A stretch of DNA of 64,000 bases, taken from positions 63,426,001 through 63,490,000 of the forward strand of contig NC_043006.1 in assembly GCF_006345805.1 (NCBI RefSeq), given 5' to 3'. This DNA is from Octopus sinensis. Lineage: Eukaryota. The stretch's first letter is position 1; each line of letters opens with the position of its first letter. The translations under genes were made by a program, and so were the position numbers. This document shows, in pieces, positions 22,826 through 34,694 of this stretch. The notes under the pieces are model-generated. The model saw only the letters and a program-made list of their open reading frames with translations. It was not told the origin of the DNA and searched no databases.

Positions 22826-24595
22826 TTTCTTTATTAGCCACAAGGGCTCAAACACAGAGGGGGTGATACAAAAACATAAAAGAACAAAACAAGGGGTTCA
22901 TAAAACATACACCAATGAATTACATGAATTGATGAAAATGAAAATGAAGTGGCTTCACCACTCCCCACATGCAGGCGGTTCCACTTTTACTATTATACAA
23001 CAATTAGCAGTCTTTTTAAAATAAACAATTTCTCACAAATAACTTTAGTTCATAATGAGTCCTTTATATTCCACCAGTACGGTTTCAATTCTTCGTATCC
23101 CACCACCGGCGGCGGCTCGTCATATCAAACCTGCCGCTTGGTGACTATCATTTTTCTTACAAACAATGTCTGTAATCTTTCACCTCTATCTCTTTCTAAT
23201 AAAATAGCTCTAAAATTATCATTACCCATCAATTTTACTCTTATTAAGTTCTTCATTTTCTCGACTTTTTCCTCAGTTTCCACACTTTTCTTGTAAATTA
23301 TCAAATTCCGAATATTCCTTCCAAAACTAGTTCTCCTTCGCTCCAGTTCACCCTCGTCCATCACTTCATCCTCGTCGTCCGTCAATTCAAATTCCTCCCC
23401 TTCCCGTCTTTCACTCACTACAGTCATCGAATTTTTATCTTTCTCCACCCTCCGTATAGTCTCCACTATAACTTCTGAATAGCGTTCTCCGTTTACACAT
23501 TTCCACATTTTCACATATTTTTCCTTCTTGTCGCCATTTTCTGGCTTATTCGGTTTTTTCTTTTTCCCACCTCTTCTCTTCTTTCTCACACTCTTTGGAG
23601 GTGAGTCTCCACTGTTCTTCCTCCTCTTCGCCACAGTACAATCCTCCACCATTGCCTGCTCCATTACTATTGGGGTTTCTTCCTTCTGTTCCACTACTTC
23701 CACCTTGCCCTCTTCATTCTTTGGGCAAACATCCCTTAAATGACATTTTTTACCGCATTGATAGCATGTAGGTCTCCTTTCCACCATTATTCTCATTATT
23801 CTCATCCAGTAATCTCACCTCTTCTGCAATCTCATGCATCTCCGTTAGGCCAACTAGAACCGTGAGCTCCAGCCCTTATTCCCATCAATTGATTTCCTCC
23901 GTTTTTGTTATTTTCAATACTTTTACTTCATCTTCCATATTTTCCATCACCGCTGCCACCAATCATGCCTCCTCTATTTCAGGAGGCACCCTTCCAATCT
24001 TGATTCTGGACACGCTTCTCCCACAATAACTTGGTAGTAAGGTCCACAGCTTGGTTATAATTGGCACAGTGGAGTGGTTTATCGCTAACTCCTCGCTAGC
24101 GAACCTAACCTCCACTGTGACGAATTTTCTTCTTCTGGTATAGAAGGTGGTGTACTCCTTCACCTCCTTTAAAAATTCTTCAATCTCCTCTATCGAAGCT
24201 ACCTCAATTTCTTCGGGACTGTCGACCACATTCTGTCGACGACAGTTCTCTATTCAACCTTTTTACTAACTTCCACTGGGGATGTCGACAAAAGACCCTC
24301 TCCATCCTTCTTCACCAACTTTCTTGCGTCTTTCCACTTACTTTCTTCTACCACAATTTCCCGAACTTGCTGGTTGGTGTACTTTTAATCACAGCCGACG
24401 CATAACTACTCCTTGCACCTTCACCCATGACTGGGGAAGAGCCTTCTCACAACAGGCCAACAGTTCAGTAATACAACAGTCCAACTGATCCAAATAAATT
24501 ACAATATAACAATTCAACGTACAACAATAAAACAACGGTAACAACTCACTCTTTCGACGACAAAAAAATCAACACCCATACGCCAACGGAAGCGG
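22826..24595 (-). mobile_element. E1: ORF1-only non-LTR (Tx1/L1-like) element inserted in a SINE-A head
   Basis: Bounded by target copies ggtaagcaagctactt (22808-22823) and aagcaagctactt (24596-24608). It has a single frameshifted ORF1, a ~300-nt 3' UTR and no APE/RT sequence. Confidence 0.8.
23125..24428 (-). pseudogene. E1 ORF1 (gag-like; RRM-like region plus CCHC zinc knuckle), frameshifted, ~430 codons
   Basis: MGEGARSSYASAV..., RTVVDR, RRKFVTVEVRFASEELA...LLPSYCGRSVSRIKIGRVPPEIEEA, then RPTCYQCGKKCHLRDVC (CX2CX4HX4C) and a charged tail. The start position was inferred manually. Confidence 0.75.
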
Positions 24596-24624
24596 AAGCA
24601 AGCTACTTGGTAAGCAAGCTACTT

Positions 24625-26649
24625 TATTTCATAAATTGGCCATACAGCCTTACAAAGATGAAAAGATGGTTGGTGGGGGAAGCAGACAATGCCCGCCGAT
24701 TACTACTTCCCGAAAACATTGTTCTCTTTTTCTCATCAACACAAAATGAGGTATTGAACCTCTTACCAAAGTTCAAAGAATGGATGCAATCGTCCTTACA
24801 AGATGAGGCGCAGAGCCTCTTACCAAAAAAAAACAAAGTCAACTTTCAAATCGAGACACTAAGGCCTCTTACCTTCCCTCCCCGATCAGGCAACTTGCCA
24901 CCCGCAGGCAATCCTGCTGTTCTAAGTCGGTGCTCCAGAATGCAAAACTGCATTGGCCCCTGGGAAAGGAGTCCATCACCTGAACATATCATTTTCCATT
25001 ATGACCTTCGCAGTTACCTGCGAAGGCTAATCCGGGTCTTCAGTACAGGACAGGACCCCTTCCCTCTGGCCCTCTAGCTTCTTCAAAAAGCTCTGTACAA
25101 CCACTCCCTTATGAAAGAAGATCACAAAATCATCCTTCATCATAACGGGAGGGGGCATGGTTTCCTCCGTCCGTGGCACAATTCCCACCGACGAGGTTTC
25201 AGGACATGCCGGCAGTGTACTATTAACCGCTGGCAATGTCCCATTCTTCTTTTTTTCTTCTTCTCCCTTGTGCTACGGGAGGGTGTAGTTATTTTGCTTT
25301 ATCCGGAGGATCTTCCCTCCCTCCCGCAGCCTTAGGGTCCTTCGGAGGGCAACCATTGCTGTCCACCTTCTTCCTTTTTCCCCCTATTTTCGAGGAGGTC
25401 TCCTCGGCTGCCTCCATCTCTCTCCTTCTGAAGGAGGAGGGGGAGTTACTTTTACTAACTGCTCCAGGCCCCTACTTTGGTCCTGGGGACAGTTCTTCTT
25501 AATATGGCCCAAGTCCAGGCACAGGTGACACTTGGGAGCGTTCCTCAAGTATCACTGGGTACCTGCAACCGGCCATTTTCAAAACATCTGGAAATACAAG
25601 ATTTTTAGCAGCTGATTGGGTCCATAGGATCAAAAACGTTTTTGACCCTATCCAATCAGCCGCAGGCAACAATTTCACATTTAAAAGCTTGGGCCCGCTG
25701 CCACCCAGACCCCAGCGGATAGTGTCTTCTATCCATTCCGGTTCAATGCTCGGTGGCAGCCCACAGACCCAAGCTCTTATTAATTTCTTCCCACAATATG
25801 TGGGAAAAAACAGAATCTTTTGCTCTTCTAAGGAGTGACCTCAGAGGTGTCAAATAGCAACCACACCGTTGCATATTTGGCACCCCTGGAAATAAACTTA
25901 ATAGTTGGCAGATTCTCTGCCAACTCTTTTTCTATATCTGTTTTAGGAAAGACAGCGGTAGTGTTGAGTGACTTAGAAAAAGTCCTCAACACCACCGTTC
26001 TTTCCTCTAAGCTTTTTAGCCATTGCTTGGGTGGAATCATTTCCCACTCCAATACAGTGTTCAATTTCTTCGCCATGCTTTGAAGAAAAGGTTCAGGAAA
26101 CAGTTCAAACAAAAACAACAAAAGTCCAAACAAAGTCAAAAAACAGTTCGAAGGAAGACAAAGAAGAGCAGAAAGACAAAGAAGAGAAAAAAGAAAGAAG
26201 GAAGACAGTTCAAAGACAGCAACACACAATTTCAGTCAACCGGTACTCCTGGCCAAAAGGTACTCCAAAGTTACTCCAAAAGTGAAAAGGGACACAGCAG
26301 CAGGAACACGGCTTCAAACAAAAACCACCACAAATTAGCAAAAATTCAGAAAATTTTTTCACAAAAATTTCACAATTTTTGGAGGCGGGATACGCTCCCA
26401 AAACAGCACTCTTCTCACAGTTAAGTGAGACACTTGGCGCAACGTTTGGCAGACAAATGCCCCGGAATCTAGTGAGGATTTCTTGTTCGACAAAAAAATG
26501 GACATCAAACAACAAACCCCCACTGAATCCCCACAAAATCCAAACGTCTTACTTTATAGTTGCGCCTTCACAGTTCTTCAATTCAAGACCGCTGCAAAGC
26601 AATGTCTTGGCAACACCAGTGCAGAAGTAAAACTAACTAACGCATGCGC
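24625..26649 (-). mobile_element. E2: ORF1-only non-LTR (Tx1/L1-like) element inserted in a SINE-A head
   Basis: The 3' end ...atgaaata joins aagtagcttgcttacc (24609-24624). The 5' end abuts the SINE head at 26650-26686. It has a single ORF1 and no ORF2. Confidence 0.85.
24859..26076 (-). pseudogene. E2 ORF1 (gag-like, CCHC knuckle), frameshifted, ~405 codons
   Basis: MAKKLNTVLEWEMIPPKQWLKSLEERTVVLRTFSKSLNTTAVFPK...KYATVWLLFD/...RAWVCGLPPSIEPEWIED.../PKCHLCLDLGHIKKNCP.../SCTEDPD*PSQ.../DSFP...DCLRVASCLIGREGKRP*. Homologous along its length to E3 ORF1. Confidence 0.85.
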
Positions 26650-26686
26650 GTAAACGAGCTGCTTTCCACACAGCCACTCCTGCGCC
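26650..26686 (-). mobile_element. SINE family A 5' end (A box), upstream flank of the E2+E1 stack
   Basis: Minus strand reads ggcgcaggagtggctgtgtgg-a-aagcagctcgtttac. Confidence 0.85.
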
Positions 26687-28123
26687 TGGTGATAAATTAA
26701 TAAGAAAAAGTTTCAACCGTCAAGCAAAGCGAGATGCAACAAGTTCGTGTCACAGTCAAGTCGCTACAATATTTATAACATTTAATCAGCATGAAACGCT
26801 GCCACAAGAATATTGCCCATGTACCTTTTATAGCGCTAATGAGGAGTACAAATATTTCCTGAACTCTATTTTGAAAATAAAGACCATTTGGTTGATTAGC
26901 AAAAATTCCCTGAGCAACATGCTGCTGCCTCTAGCTCACAAAAATGTTTCACCACTTTGTCTCTTCTAAAGCTGATATAATACATGGGATAGAATATAAC
27001 AACATTGCGTCCAGATATAAAGGGGATTGGTACGGATAGACATCTGTTACAGCGTAACTATAGTTCTAGAAAGGTGCACAGCACTTTCACTTTGTGTTGT
27101 CTGATGCGTTTGCTTCTCCTCTTTTCTCTCATCCACTGAATCCGACATTAATACTTTGTTTAATCATTCTTTTCCAAAATTGCAACCCGCAAAATTTCCT
27201 CCCACGTTTATTTATTCGCTTCTCTTTTTTTACAGACATAGAGCCGTTGGAATGGAATGGGACATCAGTCACTTCAGTCACGCTAATTTAGAACAGGACA
27301 CCTGCAAAAGTCACGATAGTTGCTCCTGCTACTCCAACAAATTAATTTTTCAAAAGAAATACACTTCATTCCGAGAAATGTCTTCTTATTTATCGCTTGT
27401 GATTTCACAAATGTGACATAAGAGAAAAAAGACAAATTGTGATGAGTAATTCGTTCTTAGACACTTCTTCAGTCAGCTATTTATACTGTTAACAGTATGC
27501 ATTAGCACAGCCAGAGAACAGATTAAATTACAAACAAAACACAAATAGATGAGCTGCCATTTTAGATTAAGCCAGCCTTTTAATGTCATGGTTTCCACTT
27601 TTCTCATCACCATCATACCCTTTCTTGTCTTCTCCTCTTTCATCTTCACTTCCTTCCCCGTATCTTCTTCCTCCTCTCCCTCATCTTTCTCTCTTCTTTT
27701 CGCCTTCTTCTTCTTCTTCGAGTCCTTGGTCTTCCAGTTCTCTTCTTTTCCCGTTTCACTTTAATTCATTGATTATTTATTATTTCTCTCCTCGTTCTTT
27801 TTTCTTTTTTTTTCCATTTTCTTCTTTCCCCTTTGACGTCCTTTGCCATCAGTTTATTTAACAGGAAAACTCATCCGACATTTGATAGCAGTCATGGCTG
27901 TCGGTGATGTGGAAACAATCATTTCAAGGATCGTAAATAGTTGTTTCTGTTTTTGTTGTTATGTATTTCTTTATTTTTCCTTGTATGTGTATTGGAGCGT
28001 CTCCTTTACAAGAGCCATACAACTCCATTTATTGTACATGCCAATCCAAATAACACATCAATATATTTCCGCCCTTGTCTCTTGTGATATCAAATTTAAT
28101 CTGTCTATTGCAGCAAAAGGATA

Positions 28124-28159
<36 letters not shown>

Positions 28160-28176
28160 CAGCAGCAACAGTTGTG

Positions 28177-28216
<40 letters not shown>

Positions 28217-28782
28217 CCGCAGCAGGAGCAACGGCAGCAATAAAAGGAGCAACGGTAGCAAAACAATAGAAACAAAAAATAGCAATATAAAATAAACATA
28301 ATAATAATAATTACAGTAGCAAGATAATCGAATCAATACTGTCATCAGCATCATCATTATTATCGCCATCATTGTCATACTGAAGGTAGTGCGATGTTTG
28401 TGACTATAATGACACTGATTGCATAAAGAGAATGTATAAAACTGGCATAATTAGCCCCTGGACCTTACTGCTTCTCGTTTCATTAACCATGACAGGTGTA
28501 AGGCCAAAGGTCAATTGCACTCCAGCTGGTTAAGTAATAGCCACTGTTTGGGTTGGTTCTATGTAAAATCAGCTTTCTAAACTGTTCTTATCAATAGGTT
28601 AAAAATATTACTGTTGCTGTTGTCTTGTTAAACCGGCAAGCTGGTAGAATCGTTAGTACACCGGGTAAGAAGCTAATCGACCTTCGAGATTATATTACAC
28701 TCTTTCACAAACCTCAACGGCAAACTTTGTTGGTCAGTCTCCCATTTCATAGTTGATTATATATATATATATACATACATAT

Positions 28783-28866
<84 letters not shown>

Positions 28867-28946
28867 TCAACATGTGATCTCTTGAGCACTACCAGCTCAA
28901 ATATTTTCTCCTCTGTCTTCCCTCCTTGGGATCTTTCCTTCTCCTT

Positions 28947-28981
28947 GTTTCCGACGAAGAGCTCCGCTCGAAACGTTAAAC
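28947..28981 (+). ncRNA. Short hammerhead-variant motif
   Basis: gttt-CCGACGA-A-gagc-tcc-gctc-GAAA-C-GT-T-aaac. Stem III is palindromic (aacgtt). There is an extra A after the core and a U4->C change. Confidence 0.5.
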
Positions 28982-29870
28982 CCTCCTTCCCTTCTTTCGT
29001 GAGCGTCAATAATACTTTAATTGTTCCACGTCCTGCGTTGCTGTGTTTTTTTCTCATTTTTTCTCTTTTTTTCTGTGTTTTCTTGTTTGGATTAACCATA
29101 TATATATATATTATATATATATATATATACACATATATATATAGGAGAGTATAGAACAACATTGCGCATAGAAAGAAAGGCTTCTTAATCAGATTGATAC
29201 CTGTTAAGGAGTAACTATTGTGGCTTCTAGGAAATATTTCAGAACCAAGTAAAAGTATACTGGTATGTATAATAACATGAAAGAAAAACTTTTAAAAGTA
29301 CTTGACATATAAGAAAAAATACAGTAAAAAACAGAATTCAAGATCAAAATCCATAAAAGTATTTATGCAAAAAAAAATACCGCCTCTCGCAGAATGAAAG
29401 GAAATGAGCAAGTATGGATATCAACACTGAGACAAATTATGAAATGGACACGTCCGACATATATCCATATAATTTATATGACAGATCATCTTCTGACATC
29501 ATGCTCCTGAAAATGCCATTCAATACTTCCCGTATTTTAGACTCGACATTTTGTAGCTAGCTGTATCGATAAATAAGGTTTAAAATATGCTAGTATTGAT
29601 TTATTCCGTAAAATATTTAAGCTTCAGGCTGTTTGTTGCGTATTTAACAGGTTTGGTTGCCAAGTGCAGAGAAAACAGCTAACATTCCGAGATATGTTTC
29701 TTAGATAATAGAGACAGAGAGTCGAGGAGATAATAGCAGTAAATTAAAGATCGGCAGATGAAATGTTGGATACGAGAGCCAAGAGAGGGAGAGAGAGGCA
29801 TTTTGAGAATAAGGAGACAGAAGAACAGGTGACAAGTAGAAAAGTGGGGTGTGCGTTTTTAACGTAAGAG

Positions 29871-30485
29871 GTGACAAGTGATCGCTACATCACATCACAC
29901 TTCGAAGACTATGCGTTTGCACTCCAAGAACAGGAGATTGCTACGAAATACTTGATAAACAAACAAAACACTGAATCTTCTGGGGGCTCTAAGATGCAAT
30001 CGAAAACACCGATTATGTTACATTTCTGTAGAAGACATCACATATGTCATCAGCAGCTGCCCCAAAATGTCCTCAACGTATAACCTCCCAATGCGTCATT
30101 ACCTTATTGATAAACAAAATACAATAGCATCCGAAAAAAAGTCTTGTGATAAATATAGATCATTCCCCTGTTACTGAATACATACAGAAACACCTATATA
30201 AGGAAAATGAGTGAAAATTTCCCATCAAAACTTCTATTAAGTGCAAACATAACTGGCTGTATACCGTTCTTTGGACAGAGAATAAAAGTGCATAACGTCA
30301 TACAATTCAGCTGCCCTGCTAATATAGCTATCTATACGAAAATCAAAGAGAAAGAGTATAACTACAGACAACTACTTCGAAACCTTCAGCTTTTATACCC
30401 AATACTTGGTGCACCCTGTTTTGTGAGGAAATTCCTAAGTGACAATTTGAAGAAGTTGGGGTTTTCAGGAAAAGAAATCAACTGG
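29871..30485 (+). pseudogene. R4/Dong-like (restriction-like endonuclease) non-LTR retrotransposon, 3' ORF fragment
   Basis: TSHFEDYAFALQEQEIATKYL, frameshifted ..VEDITYVISSCPKMS..MRH (zinc knuckle region), then SCPANIAI..KIKEKEYNYRQLLRNLQLLYP..LGF. Confidence 0.65.
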
Positions 30486-30870
30486 TGCCCCAGCATGGCT
30501 GCGGCCTTCGGGCTAAAACATTTTTAAGGATTTTTAAGGATTTTAAGGATTTAACCGATTTGCAAATTACAAATGCAACCTGTAAGCTGAACAGTAATTA
30601 TATGTAAGAATTTTCTCAAGTTCAAAAATGTAACGTTTTTCTTATTTACATTCCACAATGGACTTTCGTATACATCTTAGAAACCAGCTTACAGGAAAAC
30701 TTCAAAATATTTTAAATACAAGAGAACATAGATACATACAAACGCACACGCATACATGCAAACATGCATATTTATACATACATACATACATACATACATA
30801 CATACATACATACATACATACATACATACATACACACATACATACATACATACATACACACATACATACG

Positions 30871-32373
30871 TGGCTGTTGAAGTGCCTACATCTGGCAAAG
30901 GTACCTACTACTTTAATTGCGGCTATACAGAGAGTCACAAAGACATGGACAACTATTCTTACTCTTACAACTGAGAACAGAATAATTATTTCTAATAGTA
31001 TAGGCATTACAAAGTGAATATTCCAGGGAGATAGACTTTCTGTACTTCTTTTCATTTTGGCACTGATTCCATTATCGTTCTTACTGCAGAAAACAAATGG
31101 TTACAGGCTAAGATCGTTAACTGCCAGAAATATCAATGTAACTCATAATTTCTTTGTAGACGACCTGAAGCTTTATACTAAAAGTGTAAACAATGCCCAA
31201 AAGCAACTGGAATTTAAAACATTTTCAGCTGATACAGGTATGGAATTTGGCCAAAACAAATGTTAATATTTGATTATAGAACGAGGAAAGTCACTCCCCC
31301 AAACCCCAATCCTGTGCATCAATGGTCTCTCTATCTCCCCCATTCCAGACAAGAATGATACAAAAGTACCTAGGTGTAGACGAAAATGTATCATATGAAG
31401 GCACTCAATAAAGATAGAGTGACCCGAGAATATCACACCAGACTTAAGAAAATATGGCAGTCGGAACACTCCTCTTAACAACAAAACAATATCCCACAAT
31501 GCATTTGTAGTACCAGTACTGATCCCAACAGTTGGCATACTTGATTGGTCTTTGGAGGAAATCTATTCCATAGATATCAAAACCCGCAAAATCCTGACGA
31601 CAACTGGGAACTTCCACAGAAACAGTGATGTTCATAGGCTCTACCTAAGAAGAAATGAAAGTGGTAGAGACCTGAGATCACTGCAGACGGCCTTCGAATG
31701 CCGCATGGTATCACTCAGGCAGCACCTGCTAAACATCAGCAGTAAAAATAAATATATTAATGCAATCCTGAAAAGTGAAGTGAACAACATTGTACGAGTT
31801 GGCAGAGAACTCCTCAAGAAACACCCTCTTCCTGATGATCTCCTATACAACCCCAAAACAGCTGTGCCCTCCAACCTCAGAGAAGACCTGGATTGAAAGC
31901 ACTCAGCATACAAAAAAAAGGCCATGCATAGGTATGTTGCCCGGAAGCCTGAAGAAGGCAGTAGAATTGAAATGAAGCGCAGCCTCTCTTGATGTTGAAA
32001 CCGGCTCTTTCTCTGTTAGCAAGAAATCTTGAAATAAAGCTGAATAATGCCATACATACATGCAGACATACATACATACATACATACATACATACATACA
32101 TGCATACATACATACATACATACATACATACATACATACATACATGCAGACATACATACATACATACATACATGCAGACATACATACATACATACATACA
32201 TGCATACATACATACATACATGCATACATACATACATGCATACATACATACATACATACATACATGCATGCATACATACATACATACATACATACATACA
32301 TACATACATACATACATGCATACGTGCATGCATACATACATACATACATACATACATACATACAATACATACA

Positions 32374-32404
<31 letters not shown>

Positions 32405-32790
32405 TCTAGAAGGGAACATGACCATAAAATACCCGATACACAAAAGGAATATGGAGTCAAGTAACACATCAAAATATGACAACTAACGCAGACTCAGAGG
32501 GACTGACACCAAAGATGTGAACTAAATAACAGGCAGCTGTCCAAAAATGTCAGCAGGACATTCTCCTCCATGAGACATGACGATGACGTGTCAAAGCACA
32601 TTACACTGCAACTCAATGATAACCCTGAAAATCAAACTATAAGTAATGTACAATGATGGGATGGGGAAAGGTATACACTCTAATAATATGAAGAAATGCT
32701 AGCAGAATGTTGCTGTCGAAACTGACAACAAATATGTGCACAACAGAGCAGACATAATTATTTGGGACATGAAAAGAAATTATACAAAGT
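30871..32790 (+). pseudogene. R4/Dong-like non-LTR retrotransposon, RT-to-endonuclease fragment split by a (TACA)n tract
   Basis: WLLKCL..; IFQGDRLSVLLFILALIPLS; THNFFVDDLKLY; GMEFGQNKC; IDIKTRKILT..FHRNSDVHRLYLRR; after the microsatellite at 32050-32402, SCPKMS and NRADIIIWD. Confidence 0.82.
32050..32402 (+). repeat. (TACA)n microsatellite with TGCA variants
   Basis: Directly visible. Confidence 0.97.
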
Positions 32791-32845
32791 AGTAGGAATA
32801 AGGTGTTAAACAGAATTTAACACTGATAAATATAACAGATAAGAA

Positions 32846-32886
<41 letters not shown>

Positions 32887-33023
32887 TTATTCAGTTTTAT
32901 TTCAAGATTTCAAGAGAAAGAGCCAGTTTCTAACCTAGATCCAAGGCTCCTTCATTGGAATTTCAGTATCAACGGAATATTTTTGTATGTATGTATGTAC
33001 TCTAGCATGCATTTATGTATGCT

Positions 33024-33113
<90 letters not shown>

Positions 33114-33160
33114 GGAGAAGGAACTCTTGAGAGTCAACAGCCATCTAATAAATGTCTTAA

Positions 33161-33511
33161 GGCTGTATCATGCGCGGGGACATAGAAATAATCGGACTGA
33201 ATACCCGATCGTGCGGTTAAACCATTGGGAGTGAAGGACTCCTAGCCTTTGTTAGGGCATCCATCTAAGAGAAGGTAACTCAGGTAACTGGGATAACTCC
33301 GATATAAAACCTGTGGCTCAGTGGTTACCGATGATGTTGACTTGTTCTTCTTTTCGGATTATGGCTGCTGTTGCTTAGTGAGTGGGATTGATGCGGTGCA
33401 CAGCCTTTCCTCACTTTAAAAAAAATCTTCTTGCACAGGCATTGCACGATTACAACATTGATTAAGCTTCGTGCAATGGCCATACTCGATAACGAGGGGG
33501 CAGCCACCATG
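33161..33511 (+). repeat. ~350-bp dispersed repeat (copy 2) ending in GCCACCATG plus (TATG)n
   Basis: Colinear with 14611-14962. Confidence 0.85.
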
Positions 33512-33789
33512 TATGCATGCATGTATGTGTGTATGTATGTATGTATGTATGTATGTATGTATGTATGTATGTGTTCTGAGATAACCGTAAACATGCAGAT
33601 ACTTCATGTGGACTGCATTTGTGAGAATTTGGCTACGTAAATAATCACCTGAGCAACAATGTTGAGAAGTTAGAGTTCACAGAGGCAAATAGAAATTGTT
33701 TCATTTAAAAAATTGCACTTAAGATCTATTGGAACTTTAAAAATAAAATATTACAGGTATATGGCCTATAGCATGTACAAACATACGCA

Positions 33790-33875
33790 TATAAGTCAAA
33801 CTATAGGTCAAAACGTTACTTCTATAATCTATAAGTCAAAATATTACTTCTATAATTTATAAGTCAAAACATTAC
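33790..33875 (+). repeat. Short 28-bp-period minisatellite (~3 units)
   Basis: tata(a/g)gtcaaaa(c/t)(g/a)ttacttctataat repeats at 33802, 33830 and 33858. Confidence 0.8.
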
Positions 33876-34667
33876 AAGTTCTATTTGCTCCTCCTTCTTG
33901 TAACAGCTTCTTCTTCCATTTTCTTTTTTATTTTATCTTATCTTAGTTTTTACTTTTTACTTTTTTTTACTTTCGATTTTAATTACTTTGTGATTTAATC
34001 TAATTTTTTGAATTAAATTTTTAATTAATTTTAATTAATTTTTTTTTATTTATTTATTAAGTTTATCTTAATTTAAATTTTTTGATGTTTATAATTTTAA
34101 TTATTTCTAATTCATCTTCCGCACATTTATACCCACCTATATACATAACTGGCACCCCACCACCACATATTAAATGCATATCTACCGCACAAACACACAC
34201 ACACACAAACACACGTTTCCATATCCTGGCATCTACAAAAACTTTTCACCCACACCAACACACACAAATATGCATACGCAAGACTATATACATACACATA
34301 TACACACAGACCTGTACACACGCACGCACTCACACACACTCATACGTACGGACACAAACACATGCGTACACTCACAGTAACACCAATGCACTTACACACA
34401 AGTCACCTCGCCTCTCGACCACTAAATCTATTGCTACTAACCTGTATGCGCTACTCATACACACATAACTGACTTATACACAACACAAACACCACACAGA
34501 TACTATCACACACAAACATACACATACACACACACACACACACTACCTTAAAAAACCATTTTATCTCTTACCACTTCCCGTCAGTTATTTCTCAGCGATG
34601 TAAGACTACACGTACTTTTCGCGGACTATTCTTTTACTTCTCTCCGGACTTCTCCCTCTTCCTCTTT

Positions 34668-34694
34668 TTGACGAAGAGTCATGCTCGAAACGTC
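34668..34694 (+). ncRNA. Degenerate copy of the short hammerhead-variant motif (no stem I)
   Basis: TTGACGA-A-gagt-cat-gctc-GAAA-C-GT-C has the same layout as 28947-28981, but the flanks do not pair. Confidence 0.3.

Noticed and set aside
27225-27416. Possible terminal exon after ttttttacag
   Set aside because: The acceptor-like sequence alone is weak evidence, and the peptide has no recognisable homology.
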